The notes beneath the pieces are model-generated. The model made no database searches and was not told where the DNA came from. It was given only the letters and a program-made list of their open reading frames with translations. Shown piece after piece: positions 27,601 through 41,990 of a stretch of 64,000 bases of DNA. Both the position numbers and the translations under genes were made by a program. Each line of letters begins with the position of its first letter. Positions within the stretch are counted from its first letter, which is position 1. The DNA is from the human T2T-CHM13v2.0 reference genome, Homo sapiens. The DNA lies in the NCBI RefSeq assembly GCF_009914755.1, contig NC_060932.1, one strand, 5' to 3'.

Positions 27601-27906
27601 TTCTTTTTCTTTTTTTTTTTTTTTGTGGCAGGGTCTCACTCTATCGTCTAGGCTGAAGTGCGGTGGCATGATCTTTGCTGACTGCAACCTCCGCCTCCCA
27701 GGTTCAAGCAATTCTCCTGCCTCAGCCTCCTGAATAGCTGGGATTACAGGCGTGTGCCACCACGCCTGGCTAATTTTTGTATTTTTGGTAGAGATAGGAT
27801 TTTGCCATGTTGGCCAGGCTGGTCTGGACCTCCTGACCTCAGGTGACTCACCTGCCTCAGCCTCCCAAAGTGCTGGGATTACAGGCATGAGCCACTGCGC
27901 CCAGCC
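27601..27906 (-). mobile_element. AluS SINE
   Basis: Reverse Alu; TSD ctctgtgRctcatttct. Confidence 0.93.
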
Positions 27907-28991
27907 CTCTGTGACTCATTTCTACCTGACCTACCAGCTTTTCCCTCTGCGAGTTCTGGGGCCTGAGCATTGCTGGAAACCCTTGCTCAGAAGGTGACTT
28001 CAAAGCCTCCCCAGGGCTGGCCACCCTGTAGCTGCTGTCTCTGAGCTTTTGTGTCATTTCAGCCCTTGAGGTGGCCTTCCCTCCTTCTTATGAATCTCTG
28101 CTTTCAAAAATGTGTCACAAACCTTGCTTCCACCTGGAAGCCTTCTTTGATTACTTCCACTCACTGCACAGACCTGCTACGGATTGGCATTTAGAGGGAA
28201 CTTGGGTTCTGCAGGTGGGCCCAGCTTTACAAAATAGCAAAGTGCAGATGCTCATAGCAGATGAATGAAGGGGCTGTTCTTCACTTTACCCAAAGGTCCA
28301 GTACTTGCCTTTGCTAAATATCAATCATGCATTAGAAAATGATTTGATATGTGAAAATTAGATTTACACCAAGATCACTATTAGGGCCTAAGATGAGGAG
28401 CATTTATGTTCATATTCAATCATTTACATGCTTTTTGGAAAACAAGTTGCGTTCACTTTTCCTCCCTCTTTTCTTCTTTTGATGGGAAAAACAACATAAA
28501 AATAACATGAAAGATTTCTTTTTTTGGAAACAAGAGAGAGAAAAAAACACTTTTCCACCCATAAGCCCTCTTATTTTTGAACATTCCATCCTCTGTTTAC
28601 ATGCATGTCGACTTAAATAGCTGCGATCGTGGAACTTTTGCTTGGCTGCTGGGCTGTGAACTTCCGGAAAGGAAATAGAGACAGATGTCATTCCCCCGGC
28701 AGCTAGCAGAGTGCCAGCCGATGGCAGACACTGGGCATGGGTTATTGTGATTATTGCTACTGCTACCAGCTTGTTGAGTCGGCGGGGCCGCTGTCTTCAT
28801 TTGGCAAGTGTAGGCATAGCCCTTGTCATTTGATCTCTACAACAGTCTTGCAGTGTAGGTATTATTCTCTCCATTTCACAGAAAAGGGAAGCAAAGTAAG
28901 TGACCTGCCTATAGGCACAGAATTAGAAAGCGGCACAGCTGGGAGTTGAACCCAGTCCCTCTGAGATTAGAACGCATATTCTTTTCATTGC

Positions 28992-29710
<719 letters not shown>

Positions 29711-30297
29711 CCCCAGAGGATCTGAAATGTGGATTCATGTCCAGGCTGTGAAGCTCTATCTGCTGGCTCAGCCCAGGGGGTTCTGCAGCATCTCCCGGCA
29801 CCCTCTCCAAGAATTTGGGACTTGCCTGTCCCTCACCACACCCAGATGTGTCTGGGAGACTCACACCTATGGGGTAGGGCCGTGGCAGCTGCTGGCACAC
29901 CCAGCAGCATTGTGCAAATCAGAAAAGTGCTCCCTTCTTCAGCCCTGCTCCAGGGCGCAGGCATGGTGAGCAGAACATGGGTTGGCACCATCTGGGATGT
30001 TTTTGCAGAGTCTGCAACCCGCACAACCATTCACAGCAGCCCTGATCTAGAAAGTTTTACTGACTTTCCTATTCCCCTTCTATCTCATGGCAAGGACACT
30101 TCTGGATAATTGAAGTCCACAGATAAAGCTCAAACTTGCTTTTAGACCTAAAGACTTGACCTTTTTCTCCCCCCAGCCAGCTTTGGTGAGCCTTGCTCAT
30201 TTATTCATTCAGCAAACATGTTAAGCATCTATTTTGTGTAAGCAGAGTTTTAGGAACGTAGGTTTCAGGCATCAGAAATGAAGTAATATGATGTAGT

Positions 30298-31032
<735 letters not shown>

Positions 31033-32256
31033 GCTCACACGGTAGATAGAAGCCTGAGTGTGGAGGATGACTAGCCCAGAGTCCCAATTCCAGCCCTGTT
31101 CATCACTAGCTGGTTGTGAAACTTGGGTAAGTTTTTAAATTTTTCGGAACCTCAGTTTTCTCACCTGTAAAATGGGAGTCTCATGCCCTGCTGAGAGGGT
31201 GACTGTGAGAATTTCAGATGGTTGGTTGGAACCCCTGTCCCGCTGAAGGGTGGCTGGCTCTGGGGGAGAGCTGGAGGTGGCCCCCCAGGGGTGTGCGTTC
31301 AGTGGAGCCCTGCCACAGGGGGTGGGGCTCTGAGCATGTTACCAGCCTCCCCCGCAAGGTAAATATGTGAGGATTGGGAAAGTTGGTCAAAGGAAAGGAA
31401 TTTAGTTTGTGAAATAGCTTCAAAGGGGAATTGGAGGCAACGTGTTTTGCCTTTGATTATTGGATCGTAACCACTTTTAAGTTTTGTAAAACTCTGTTTA
31501 CTGTCTCTCTCTCTCCCTCCCTCGCTTTTTAATGCACTCCTTCTCAGGGTGCAGAGGAGCTGTCCCCTGCTGGTCTGGGGCCCATTCAGGGGAGATGGTG
31601 GTCATGTCTGTGGAGCACACAGCCTTGGGAGTCCCAAGGCCTGGATGTGGCTCTGACTGCTCAAGGGGACCAGCATTAGTCTGACCAGTACAGTTGAGGG
31701 GGGAGCTTTGATGCTGTGTATACTGTCCTCGGGCAGCCAGATAGCTCTTCCATCAGCTTGACATGCCACCTCTATTTTTACCACGAGGTTTTTTTCCTTT
31801 GGGCTAAGGCTCTTATTTACTGGAAAACTTCTACCAAGGTATGAATAATAGAACAATTTGTCACTAGCTACTGACACGCATGGTGGACTTACTTATTTGA
31901 TAGCAAAAAGCAAGGCTCGGGGCCATGTAACGCAGGACGGATAAGTGTTGACTGCCACAGGTCCTACTGAGTTTCCAGCCTCCATGTCTTTGCTCTTCTT
32001 TCTCCTGGGGGCCGCTTTAACCCAGCCCTAGTATTAGGACCAATCCTGGAGATGACAGGTCTAAGATCTTTAAGTCTCAGCATCAGGAACTTAGCATCAG
32101 TTCTCCCTATCACTCAGCTCCCATAACTTGGCATTTGTTTTATTTGTCCCAACTCTGGGTCCAATTCTTTTATGACCCAAGCTAAATGAACTCCACTTGG
32201 CTACATTCTGAGAAATGCCAAGCTGGAAATTTGTGTTGTAATATTCAGGAGCTTGA

Positions 32257-32779
<523 letters not shown>

Positions 32780-32807
32780 TGATTGTTGAACTGAGGGTTT
32801 TAGTTGG

Positions 32808-33312
32808 TGTAGTGGGCAGAATAATTCCCCGCCTCCCAGTGTTCATATCCTAATCGCTGGAATCTGTGAATATGCTACCCCACATGGCACAAAGGATTTT
32901 GCAGATGTGATTAAGTTGAGGATCTGGAGATGGGGAGATGATCCTGGGTTTTCTGAGTGGCTCCAATGTCATCACAAGGGTCCTTATAAGAGCGAGGCAG
33001 GAGAGTCAGTCAGAGGAGGAGACGTGGTGATGGAAGCAGAGGATGGACTGATGTGATTGTTGGCTTTGAAGACGGAGGAAGGAGCCGTGAGCCAAGAATG
33101 GCAGGTGGCCTCTAGAAGCTGGAAAAAGCAAAAGGACAGATTCTCCCCTAGAGCCTCTGGGAAGGAACACAGTCCTGCTGACACTGTGATTTTAGCCCAG
33201 TGAAATTCATTTTGGACTTCTGACCTCCAGATTTGTCATAAAATAAGTTTGTGTTCTTTTAAGCTTCTAAGTTTGTAGTAATTTGTTACAGCAATGGTAG
33301 AAAAAGAATACA
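32808..33312 (+). mobile_element. MLT1D-like solo LTR with 5-bp TSD
   Basis: tg...ca termini; gattttgcagatgtgattaagttgaggatctggagatggggaga; TSD gttgg at 32803-32807 and 33313-33317. Confidence 0.9.
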
Positions 33313-33829
33313 GTTGGGAGTAGGGACTATCAGAAGCTGGTAAAGCGGCAGGTAGATACCTCTAAGAGCGCTATGAGGTCTCTGGGTATAAATAATGCAT
33401 GGGCTGTCCTCTCCTGGAGCTTACAGTCTAGCAGTGGCACTAAGATGTCGTGTGAATGACCCCAAGGAATGGGGTAGAGTGGAAAGCACTAGGAGGAAGC
33501 TGCAAATGAAGTGCAGAGGAAGGACTTGCTGCCTCTGGTCCGTGGGTTCAAGGGAGGACTCATATAGGGATTTGAGTTGGTATTTGAGGGAAGGACAAGG
33601 TTCCCAGATAGGCAGAAGGAACCATGCCAAAAAGAGCACAGAAGCGGGAAAGTACAGTATGAGCCCAGAACCCAGGGGTGTTCTAAATTTGGACCCAGGG
33701 GTTGGATAAGGATGTCTGTTGGTTACAAGCTACAGAAAGCCTCAACTCACTTCAGACAGGAAGAAATCCTGAAGTTGAGTGTTTTGAGGTTGGCCAATAT
33801 GGTGCTCAGTGCTCTTGCCAGGCACTCAG

Positions 33830-34102
33830 TTTCTTTCTTTTTTTTTTTTTTGAGACATGATCTTGCCCTGTTGCCCAGGCTGGGATGCCATGGCGTGATC
33901 TCGGCTCACTGCAACCTTCGCCTCCCGAGTAGGTGGGATTGCAGACACCCGCCACATGCCCGGCTAATTTTTGTATTTTTTTCAGTAGAGATGGGGTTTC
34001 ACCATGTTGGCCAGGCTAGTCTTGAACTCCTGACCTCAAGTGATTTACCTGCCTTGGACTCTCAAAGTGCTGGGATTCCAAGTGTGAGCCACCTCGCCCG
34101 AC
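33830..34102 (-). mobile_element. Alu inside an old MLT1 LTR (about 33700-34380)
   Basis: Reverse Alu; TSD actcaRtttcttt; MaLR-like flanks. Confidence 0.85.
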
Positions 34103-34445
34103 CAGAGACTCAATTTCTTTCCCTCTGTACTGCCACCCTCAGCCCACAGACTTGGCCTTGGCCATGTCGCCTCATGGCCACAGAAAGGCTACTGCTAATT
34201 CAGGTGTCACATGCAGGCATGACAGTGGCCAGCAGAGGACGAGGGATTGTCTCTTCACAGGAATGTCTATTTATCAGCAAAGAAAGCTTCCCTGGAAGTT
34301 CCCACCCCTTTCTTCTCTGTTTGTTTCCAGGGCCAGAATTTCGTCTTCTGCTTATTGTCAAAGGGAGTGGGCTAGGGAGGCATGTGTATGGAAGATATAT
34401 TGCATTCCCAGCACATTCTACGGTTATCAGTTATTCTTTTTTCCC

Positions 34446-34733
34446 TTTTATTTTATTTTGAGATGGAGTCTCTCTCCATCACCCAGGCTGGAGTATAGTG
34501 GCATGATCTTGGCTCACTGCAACCTCCGCCTCCTGGGTTCGAGTGATTCTCCTGCCTCAGCCTCCTGAGTAGCTGGGATTACAGGCATGCACCACCATGC
34601 CCAGCTAATTTTTGTATTTCTAGTAGAGATAGGGTTTCACCATGTTGGTCAGGCTGGTCTCGAGCTCCTGACCTCGTGATCTACCCGCCTTGGCCTCCTA
34701 AAGTGCTAGGATTACAGGCGTGAGCCACTGGCC
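34446..34733 (-). mobile_element. AluS SINE
   Basis: Reverse Alu consensus. Confidence 0.92.
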
Positions 34734-34739
34734 TCCCCT

Positions 34740-34945
34740 TTTATTTTTTGTTGACATGTAATAATTGTATATATTTATGGGATACAGAGTGATATTTATG
34801 GAATACAAGTATAATGATCAAATCAGGGTACTTAGCATGTCTATCACCTGAAACATTGATCATTTTTTCAGTCTTGCGAACATTAAAAATCCTTTCTTCT
34901 AGCTTTTTAGAAATGTACACTAAATTATTGTTAACCATATTCATC
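34740..34945 (-). mobile_element. L1MA 3' end fragment
   Basis: ttgacatgtaataattgtatatatttatgggatacagagtgata...tgatcaaatcagggta...taaattattgttaaccata. Confidence 0.8.
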
Positions 34946-36187
34946 TTACAAGGTTACAGAACCCTAGACCTTCTTCCTCCCATCTAGCTTCTCTAGTAAT
35001 TCTTGAGAAGTACAAGCAAGAAAGTGAGGAAAAGTTGATCAGTCCAAGGCCACCCAGAAGCCTATCCTGCATCTGCACACAATCCATCCCCATGTCCTGT
35101 TGGCACCATTGTCCACCCTCTTCATTTCTACAGCTGACACCGTAGTTGATGCCCCCTGTGTCTCCTGCCAGGTTCTGCCCCAGGGCTCCCTCCACTGGTT
35201 GTGTGTAATGTGTGTGTGGGGTTTCAGAGGGGCGGGGGAGACTGCTGCAAGGACCATGGCTCTTATTCCTCGGAAGTCAGGGGCCATCCTGACAGCTTGG
35301 TGGCTCTGCTTCCCGGATTCACGGGACCTCTCTCACCCCAGGTGGTTAGAGATAGCCAGTTGGGAGTGGTTTGAGTTTTTCACAATGACAGGTTCCTGAA
35401 AGTCACCCCAAGCTCTGGGCTGAGGATAGCTGGGTACAGCCAAGGGGGGAAACATAGAAAGAGGAAGGAACTTCCTGTTAGAAAGCAAACGGCTGGGAGG
35501 TGGGGGTGGGGGCGGCTGTGCACCCTGGACCCTAAACTGCAAGGGACTGTGGTGAGGCCTCGGCAGACCCCAGATCCCCTCTCCATTCCCACAGGCAGAG
35601 GGCTGGCATGACCTCCCATGGCTGGGTCTGGCTGGACCTGTGAAGGTTGGCCTGCAGACCTCTTTCCTGTGCTTCTCCTGGTCCTGACTCTGGGCACTGC
35701 CTTCTGTCCACTGCGGCTGGGGTTGCTGCCTCTCTCAGTGCCCTGCTGGTCCTTAGACCCCACGGTGGCTGCTTTCGAGCCAGTTTAGAAAAAAAAAAAA
35801 AAAAGGAAGGAAGCCGAGGACTTCCTTCTCAGAGAGGCCATCGCCCAAGGGGGCCAAGCCACACAGAGTGGCTCCTTCTAGCTCTCTTGTAGCTCCAGGA
35901 ATGACAGGCCTTCCTGGCTATGCAAGACCCTTTCTGCCCCGATCCCATGGAGCCCTCAGCTCTCCTGGGCTGCCCCTGGGCTCCCTTTCTAGAGAGGGTA
36001 ATTCTTAAAATATCTAGTAACCAGTTTGCCATGGGCACTGCTCTGGCACAATGAACAGACAGCAGCCATAATCTCCTTTCCAAGGTGAACTGGACCAGTT
36101 GATGGTTCACTCTGCTTTTGCCGTTCTTCCCTCAGGACACGGAGCCTGTCCACTCACCTGTCTCTTGCAGTTGCCTGTTAGAGCAGG

Positions 36188-36465
36188 TTTTTTTTTTTTT
36201 TTACAGAGTCTTGCTCTGTTGACCAGGTTGGAGTGCAGTGGTGCAATCTCAGCTCACTGCAACCTCTGCCTCCCAGGCAATTCTCTTGTCTCAGCCTCCT
36301 GAGTAGCTGGAACTACAGGTGCCCACCACCATGGCTGGCTAATTTTTGTATTTTTAGTAGAGATGTGGTTTCACCATATTGATCAGGCTGGTCTCGAACT
36401 CCTGACCTCAGGTGACCCACCTGCCTCGGCCTCCCAAAGTGCTGGGATTACAGGCGTGCCCAGCC
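36188..36465 (-). mobile_element. AluS SINE
   Basis: Reverse Alu; TSD gagcaggtttt. Confidence 0.92.
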
Positions 36466-37921
36466 CTTGAGCAGGTTTTATCATGGCTCTGAATCTGTCA
36501 GATGGAGATAGAATACTAACATCTCCTTTTCAGGCGTGGTATGACCGTTCAGTGAGGAGAAAGCCCTTGTCACTGCGTGGGGCACATCACAGCCTCATGG
36601 TTCGTGTGACCATGAGTCCCAGTAGGCCAGGGACAGCCTGGTTTGTGCTCGTTGTCTCAGTGTAATTAATAATAACACTGCTTTTCATTCTCGAAAGTGT
36701 ACCGGTCTGGACAACAGATGACTTAGTTGCCATTCTTCTCTTAATTGCTGGAGTTCTTCTGTTGGCCCAGTGACACCCAGTGTAGAGGCAAAAACACAAG
36801 GTTTGCTCTGGATTCTTGTCCCGGCTCTGCCACCAAGCACAGTGTGGCCTTGGACCAGTCAACTCCCGAGCTTCTGTCTCCCCAGCTCCACCCACCTGGA
36901 GGACAGAGCCTTGTGTTTTTCTCGTTGGCATCCCCAAGGCCTGGCAGACAGTCGGCGCTTAGCGGGCTGATGACTGACTAAAGAACATTTGCGAGGGTTG
37001 AAGGAGGCACTCCCATTCCCACGCACAGGGATCCCGCTGCTCCGGGTCCCTGAACCAGAAGCCAGTGTGTGTCTGTGGTTAGTGTCCCAGAGGCCCCACC
37101 CACTCACCTCCCCAGCCCACCCCAACCAAGGCGGAAGAAAAGGCCCTCACACAGGCCCTGGCTTGATTTTAGTCACCTCAGACTGTTTCCCTGTCTGCTC
37201 TGAGCACCTGCTTCTTCAGCCTTAAGCTGAAAGATTGGGAAAGACAGTCTTTCAACCTGCTGCCAACTCAAGCCAGGTTTCTGGCCTCAGGCGTCACATT
37301 GTCATGGGCTTATGGGACACCAAGAGATCCTGACTCTGCCTCTTAATAACTGTGTGACCTCGGGCAAGTCACTCAACTTCTCTGGGCCACCATTTTCTCA
37401 CGTGAGAGGAGTCAATCAGATGGGTATGCGAGGCCTTTGCACAGGGCTGAGGGAACTGAACAGACACTTAATAAACATCTGTGTCTCCACCAGGCTTTGC
37501 TTGTGACAGGAGTGTGGGTCTCCCTCTCCTCCCTACCACCTCTTGGCATTTCTTCTGGGCAGGGAGGTCAGAGCCAGGTGTTCCCAGGAGGACCACGAAA
37601 ACCTAGTCACCCATAATCACCATACTTTCTGAATCCAAAGTTGTATGTCGTGTGGCCTAACGAAGATATCAAATGCAATTATGAAGATGAGATGATTCAA
37701 TAAACCACTTTTACAGAAAGTATCCAGTGTGGACATTGAGTTGAGGCAGTCCTGCACGTGGTACTCCTTACTCCTTAGGGAGGAAGCAGGACAGTCCAGG
37801 GCACACATTTACTGAGCACCTACTAGGTGCTGGTATTTGCACTCATGTGCTTTCATTTTGTCATCACCATGACTCTGAGAAGTGGGCATCTCTCTTCTCA
37901 CTTCAGGATGAAGCTTGGCGA

Positions 37922-39713
37922 GGTGACAACTTTAAAAGTAGTCAAGTGTGTTTACTTAAAAGGAAAAGCTGATCACACCTCACATCCGGTTATGACCATC
38001 AAAGAGTCACAGGAAGTTGCTGACTTATTCCCAGCAGAGGAGAGATTTGAACTCAGTTATGTCCACCACCTAAGATTAAATAGCTTCCACTACCTTCCCC
38101 TCTGCAGTCCCCGGGCATGCATTCCCAGCCGTCTCTTTGCCACACAGGTGCTTGCCTCTTGAGCTACCTTTTCTCCCTCCCCAAAACCTACAACTTGCCT
38201 CCCACCTGCTTCTAGGGATACTTTGAAGATGGAGGAGGATGTTTTCCCAAAGCTCCCAGGTCCCTCTGGGGCCTCACCAGGGCAGCATATTATTAGCTAA
38301 AGCACACGACAGCAGCAACAGCAACTCTAATGAGTGCTCTCCCAACATCCTGTCGCCGAGGTCACTGGCAGGCATCATTAGCCCCATTTTAGAGATAGGA
38401 AAGCTGAGGCCCAGCGTCACCATTTGTGACCTGCCCACGGTGCCATGATGAGTCAGTGGAGGCCCAATGCAAGCTTACTGTGCCTTTGTTCTCCTTCCTG
38501 CCTGAAAAATGGAGGGTAAAAAAGAGCTGCCACCTTGGGAACCTCTGGCCCTTCCTTGGAGAGGGAGAGGTGCAGCCAGACATGATGGTTCCAGCCTGAC
38601 AAAGCCTGGCCTTGGGTAGGGGTAGAGACAAATGAGTACATGGGGTCCAAGGCCCCTTCCACACTGGACACCAACCCTAGGTGGCATTGCTGGGACACTG
38701 TCCCCCGCAAATGTCTCCAGCTCTTACTTTGCGGCTAAGACCTTGGCCAAGATGGTGGTGATGGTGGTGGTGTGTGTGTTCTGGTTTGAGCCTGAAAGGG
38801 AAGAAATTGATATGGAGGAGGGAGGAGGGGAGGGACAGCAATGGGCTCACATTTGCTGAGTGCTTTTCGTGTGCCACCTACATTACATGCAGTTTGCCAT
38901 CTCATCCCCACTCTACAGAGGAGGAAACTGAAGCCCAGAGGGGTGAAGAAATTCCGATCAGAGTTTCAGAGCATGTGAAAGAAAAAAAAGTCAGGATGTT
39001 AACCAGGATCATTTGGCTTGAAAGCTGTCGCTTTTGAAGTAGCCCACCCTGCCTCTTTGGAATTTCTTTGAGAGAGCTGGGGTCTACAAAGGTCAGCTTC
39101 ATGGGCATGTGACCCGTGTGATCGCACAGGGTCCCACACTCAGAAGGACCACCCACTTGGTTTAATTGGTTCTGCTTTCATCATCTTGAAATTCCTAATG
39201 ATTTTTGAACAAGGGGCCTTGCAGTATTTTTTTTTTTCGCGAGGCCCTACCTACAAATTATGTGGCTAGTCCTAGGTCTACACACAGAAGCCTACAGGAC
39301 CAGATGCCTCTATCTGTGGAAGGCCTTGGCCCAACACTTCCGCAGGAGTCTGGGTGAAAGGCACAGGCCTTTCCAGCTTTCCCAATCACAGAGCCTGAGC
39401 AACAAGGCTTGGGGAAGACCTCTTATGGAAAGAAAGGCCTGATGGAGACAGAGCCTGGGTTCATCAGGGAAGAAAGGGTACCTGATAGAGCTTTAGAGTG
39501 AGGGGCTGGAGACCGCAGAAAGGGGACCCAGGAGCCCTCTGGGCTGCTGTAGGCTGGTGGAAGGCCCCTTGCTCCAGCTATTAGTCACAGGAAGTTGCTG
39601 AGAAATTGTTGACATATATAATCGTGACTCTTTGATGGTCATAACTGGATGGGAAGTGTGATCAGCTTTTCCTTTTAAGCAAACACACTTGGACTACTTT
39701 TAAAGTTGTCACC
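37922..39713. repeat. Dispersed 90-bp inverted repeat (37922-38010 vs 39624-39713)
   Basis: Manual alignment to the reverse complement: 4 substitutions and 1 indel in 90 bp. Confidence 0.95.
39089..39274. mobile_element. hAT-Tip100 MITE (MER45A-like) with 8-bp TSD
   Basis: gcttcatgggcatgtgacc...cacactcagaagg...atttttgaacaaggggcc...caaattatgtggctagtcct; TSD ggtctaca at 39081-39088 and 39275-39282. Confidence 0.82.
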
Positions 39714-40026
39714 AGGGGAGAGTGTGGACAGTCTTTATTCCAACGCTGTTGCTGTAGGAGATGCATTTGAAGCTCTGCGGCACATCCTCTTGGCCTGTCT
39801 CTGGTTTTTAGCTGCATCTGAGGTGGGTGGATGGTTCCTTATGAGTTCAGACGTCTGCTCACAGCCTCCCACCTAAGGTGCTGGAGATGCGTGACTCTCT
39901 GATTTTCTGCCTCAGGCTGGGCTTCGGGAGCTCACTCAGCCTAGTGCAAGCACAGCTGGGAACTCAGAGGTTCCCAGAGAATCTAGCTCCGTGCCTAAAA
40001 GGGTGACTTCAAAAGTGCACACTTAG

Positions 40027-40364
<338 letters not shown>

Positions 40365-41233
40365 TCACCACCCCCAACTCTCACTCCTGCTTCTTTGGGT
40401 CATCTCCTAAATAAATGGCTTGAACCCTAGTCCTTGTCTCAGGCTCTGCTTTTGGGGAACAAAAGCTGAAATAGGTGGGATTGCTTGGAGCATCAGCAGT
40501 TCCTCTTCTGGACTGTCTTTCAGAAGCTGAGGCCTGATCTTTTGTAGCTCTTCAAACACAGCAAACCTTCCATCTTCCTGGAGGAGGAGATTGATTCCTG
40601 CCAATAGCCAGACGCAATCCAGAACAAAGCTTGGTATTAAGCTTGGGTGGTAAATCACGTTCCACGTGCAGCGACAGCTGGACTGGAGGCCAGAGTGAAG
40701 GGCTAGATTTGGCCAAGACTTGGCTTCAGGTGTGATGTTGGCCACATCCTTAGCTGTGTGGTCTGGGGCTGGTGAGGTGACTTTTCTAGGCCCCAGGGGC
40801 TTTGTCTGTAGAATGAAGGGCAGTAACACCTAGCACCCTGGTTTACTGTGGGAACCGAGCATATTTGTGAAATTGTTTTGTGATGGATAAACAGCTATAC
40901 ATGCATGAGCTGTGACTGGTTGAAAACAAAATGGTGGCTGCAAATTAAAGAGGTGGGGGCCAGTTGATTGTGAAGGCCAGGCCCTGTGGGAGTCTGAACA
41001 CATTTTGGTCAGTGGTAGCATCATTAGAAGGGCCTCCCCAAAAGGCTCCTGGGCTGGGACAACAGTTTTCTGACTGTGATTACCCCCATATGCTGCTTAC
41101 GAAGCAGTCCTTGGTCCTTCATGGGTGTGCCTTAGAGATACTGTTTGTGCTAAGAAAGGATTGGGGTTCTGGTCTTGTTTCTTGGCATTCATGAGCTGGT
41201 CCCTAAAGAGAAGCATGTGACCCTGGGGATGAA

Positions 41234-41308
41234 CCAAGAGCTGGCACACTGGGCTGGTCCAAGAGCTGGCACACTGGGCTGGTCCAAGAGCTGGCACACT
41301 GGGCTGGT
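41234..41308. repeat. Perfect 25-bp tandem repeat x3
   Basis: ccaagagctggcacactgggctggt at 41234, 41259 and 41284. Confidence 0.97.
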
Positions 41309-41744
41309 GGGGTGTGGGGCAGGGACATTGGGATTCCTGTGAACACCGCAGGGTGTCATCCATGCATCTCACAAATGCGTACTGAGCAGGTACCACGTGC
41401 CAGGCACTGAGCCAGTGCTGGGATGCAGCAGGAGACAGAGCCTGACACTGCTGGGGCTCACATCCCATGGGGGACAAGGCAATAAACAAATAAAGATATA
41501 AGGTCAGGCTGTGCCATGAAAGAAAATAAAGCCAGGTGGGGGAATGGAGAGTGATGGAAGGCCCACTGACTTGGAAGAGTGGCCAAGGAAGGTGGTGTGA
41601 GGAGCTGATATTGGGACAGAGCCTGGGATGATGGGAGAGGTGAATCACCATTAGGGGTAAAGGTAGAGGTGATAGTCAGTACAAATGCCCTGAGCGGGGA
41701 GGATGCTCAGTGTTTGAGCAAGGTGGCTAGAGTGGTAGAGGAAG

Positions 41745-41990
41745 GTGAGGGAGAGGGAGAGAGAGGGACAGAGAGGGAGAGAGACAGAGAAGGAGAGAGA
41801 CAGAGGGAGAGGAGAGAGAGAAGAGAGAGAGGAGAGTGAGAGAGAGAGGGAGACAGAGAGGGAGGGAGAGAGAGAGAAGGAGAGACAGGGAGTGAAGGAG
41901 AGAAAGGGAGATAGAAGAGGGAGAGAGAGAAAGAGACAGAAGAGGAAGAGAGAGGGAGAGAGGGAGGTAGAGAGAGAAAGAGAGAGAGTA
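41745..41990. repeat. GA-rich polypurine tract within an L2 remnant
   Basis: About 245 bp almost entirely G/A. Confidence 0.92.

Noticed and set aside
27280-27888. 202-aa minus-strand ORF
   Set aside because: First half is a standard Alu translation; the rest has no recognisable homology.
33577-34461. 294-aa ORF, the longest in the window
   Set aside because: Non-ATG start and passes through MLT1 and antisense Alu sequence; typical repeat read-through.
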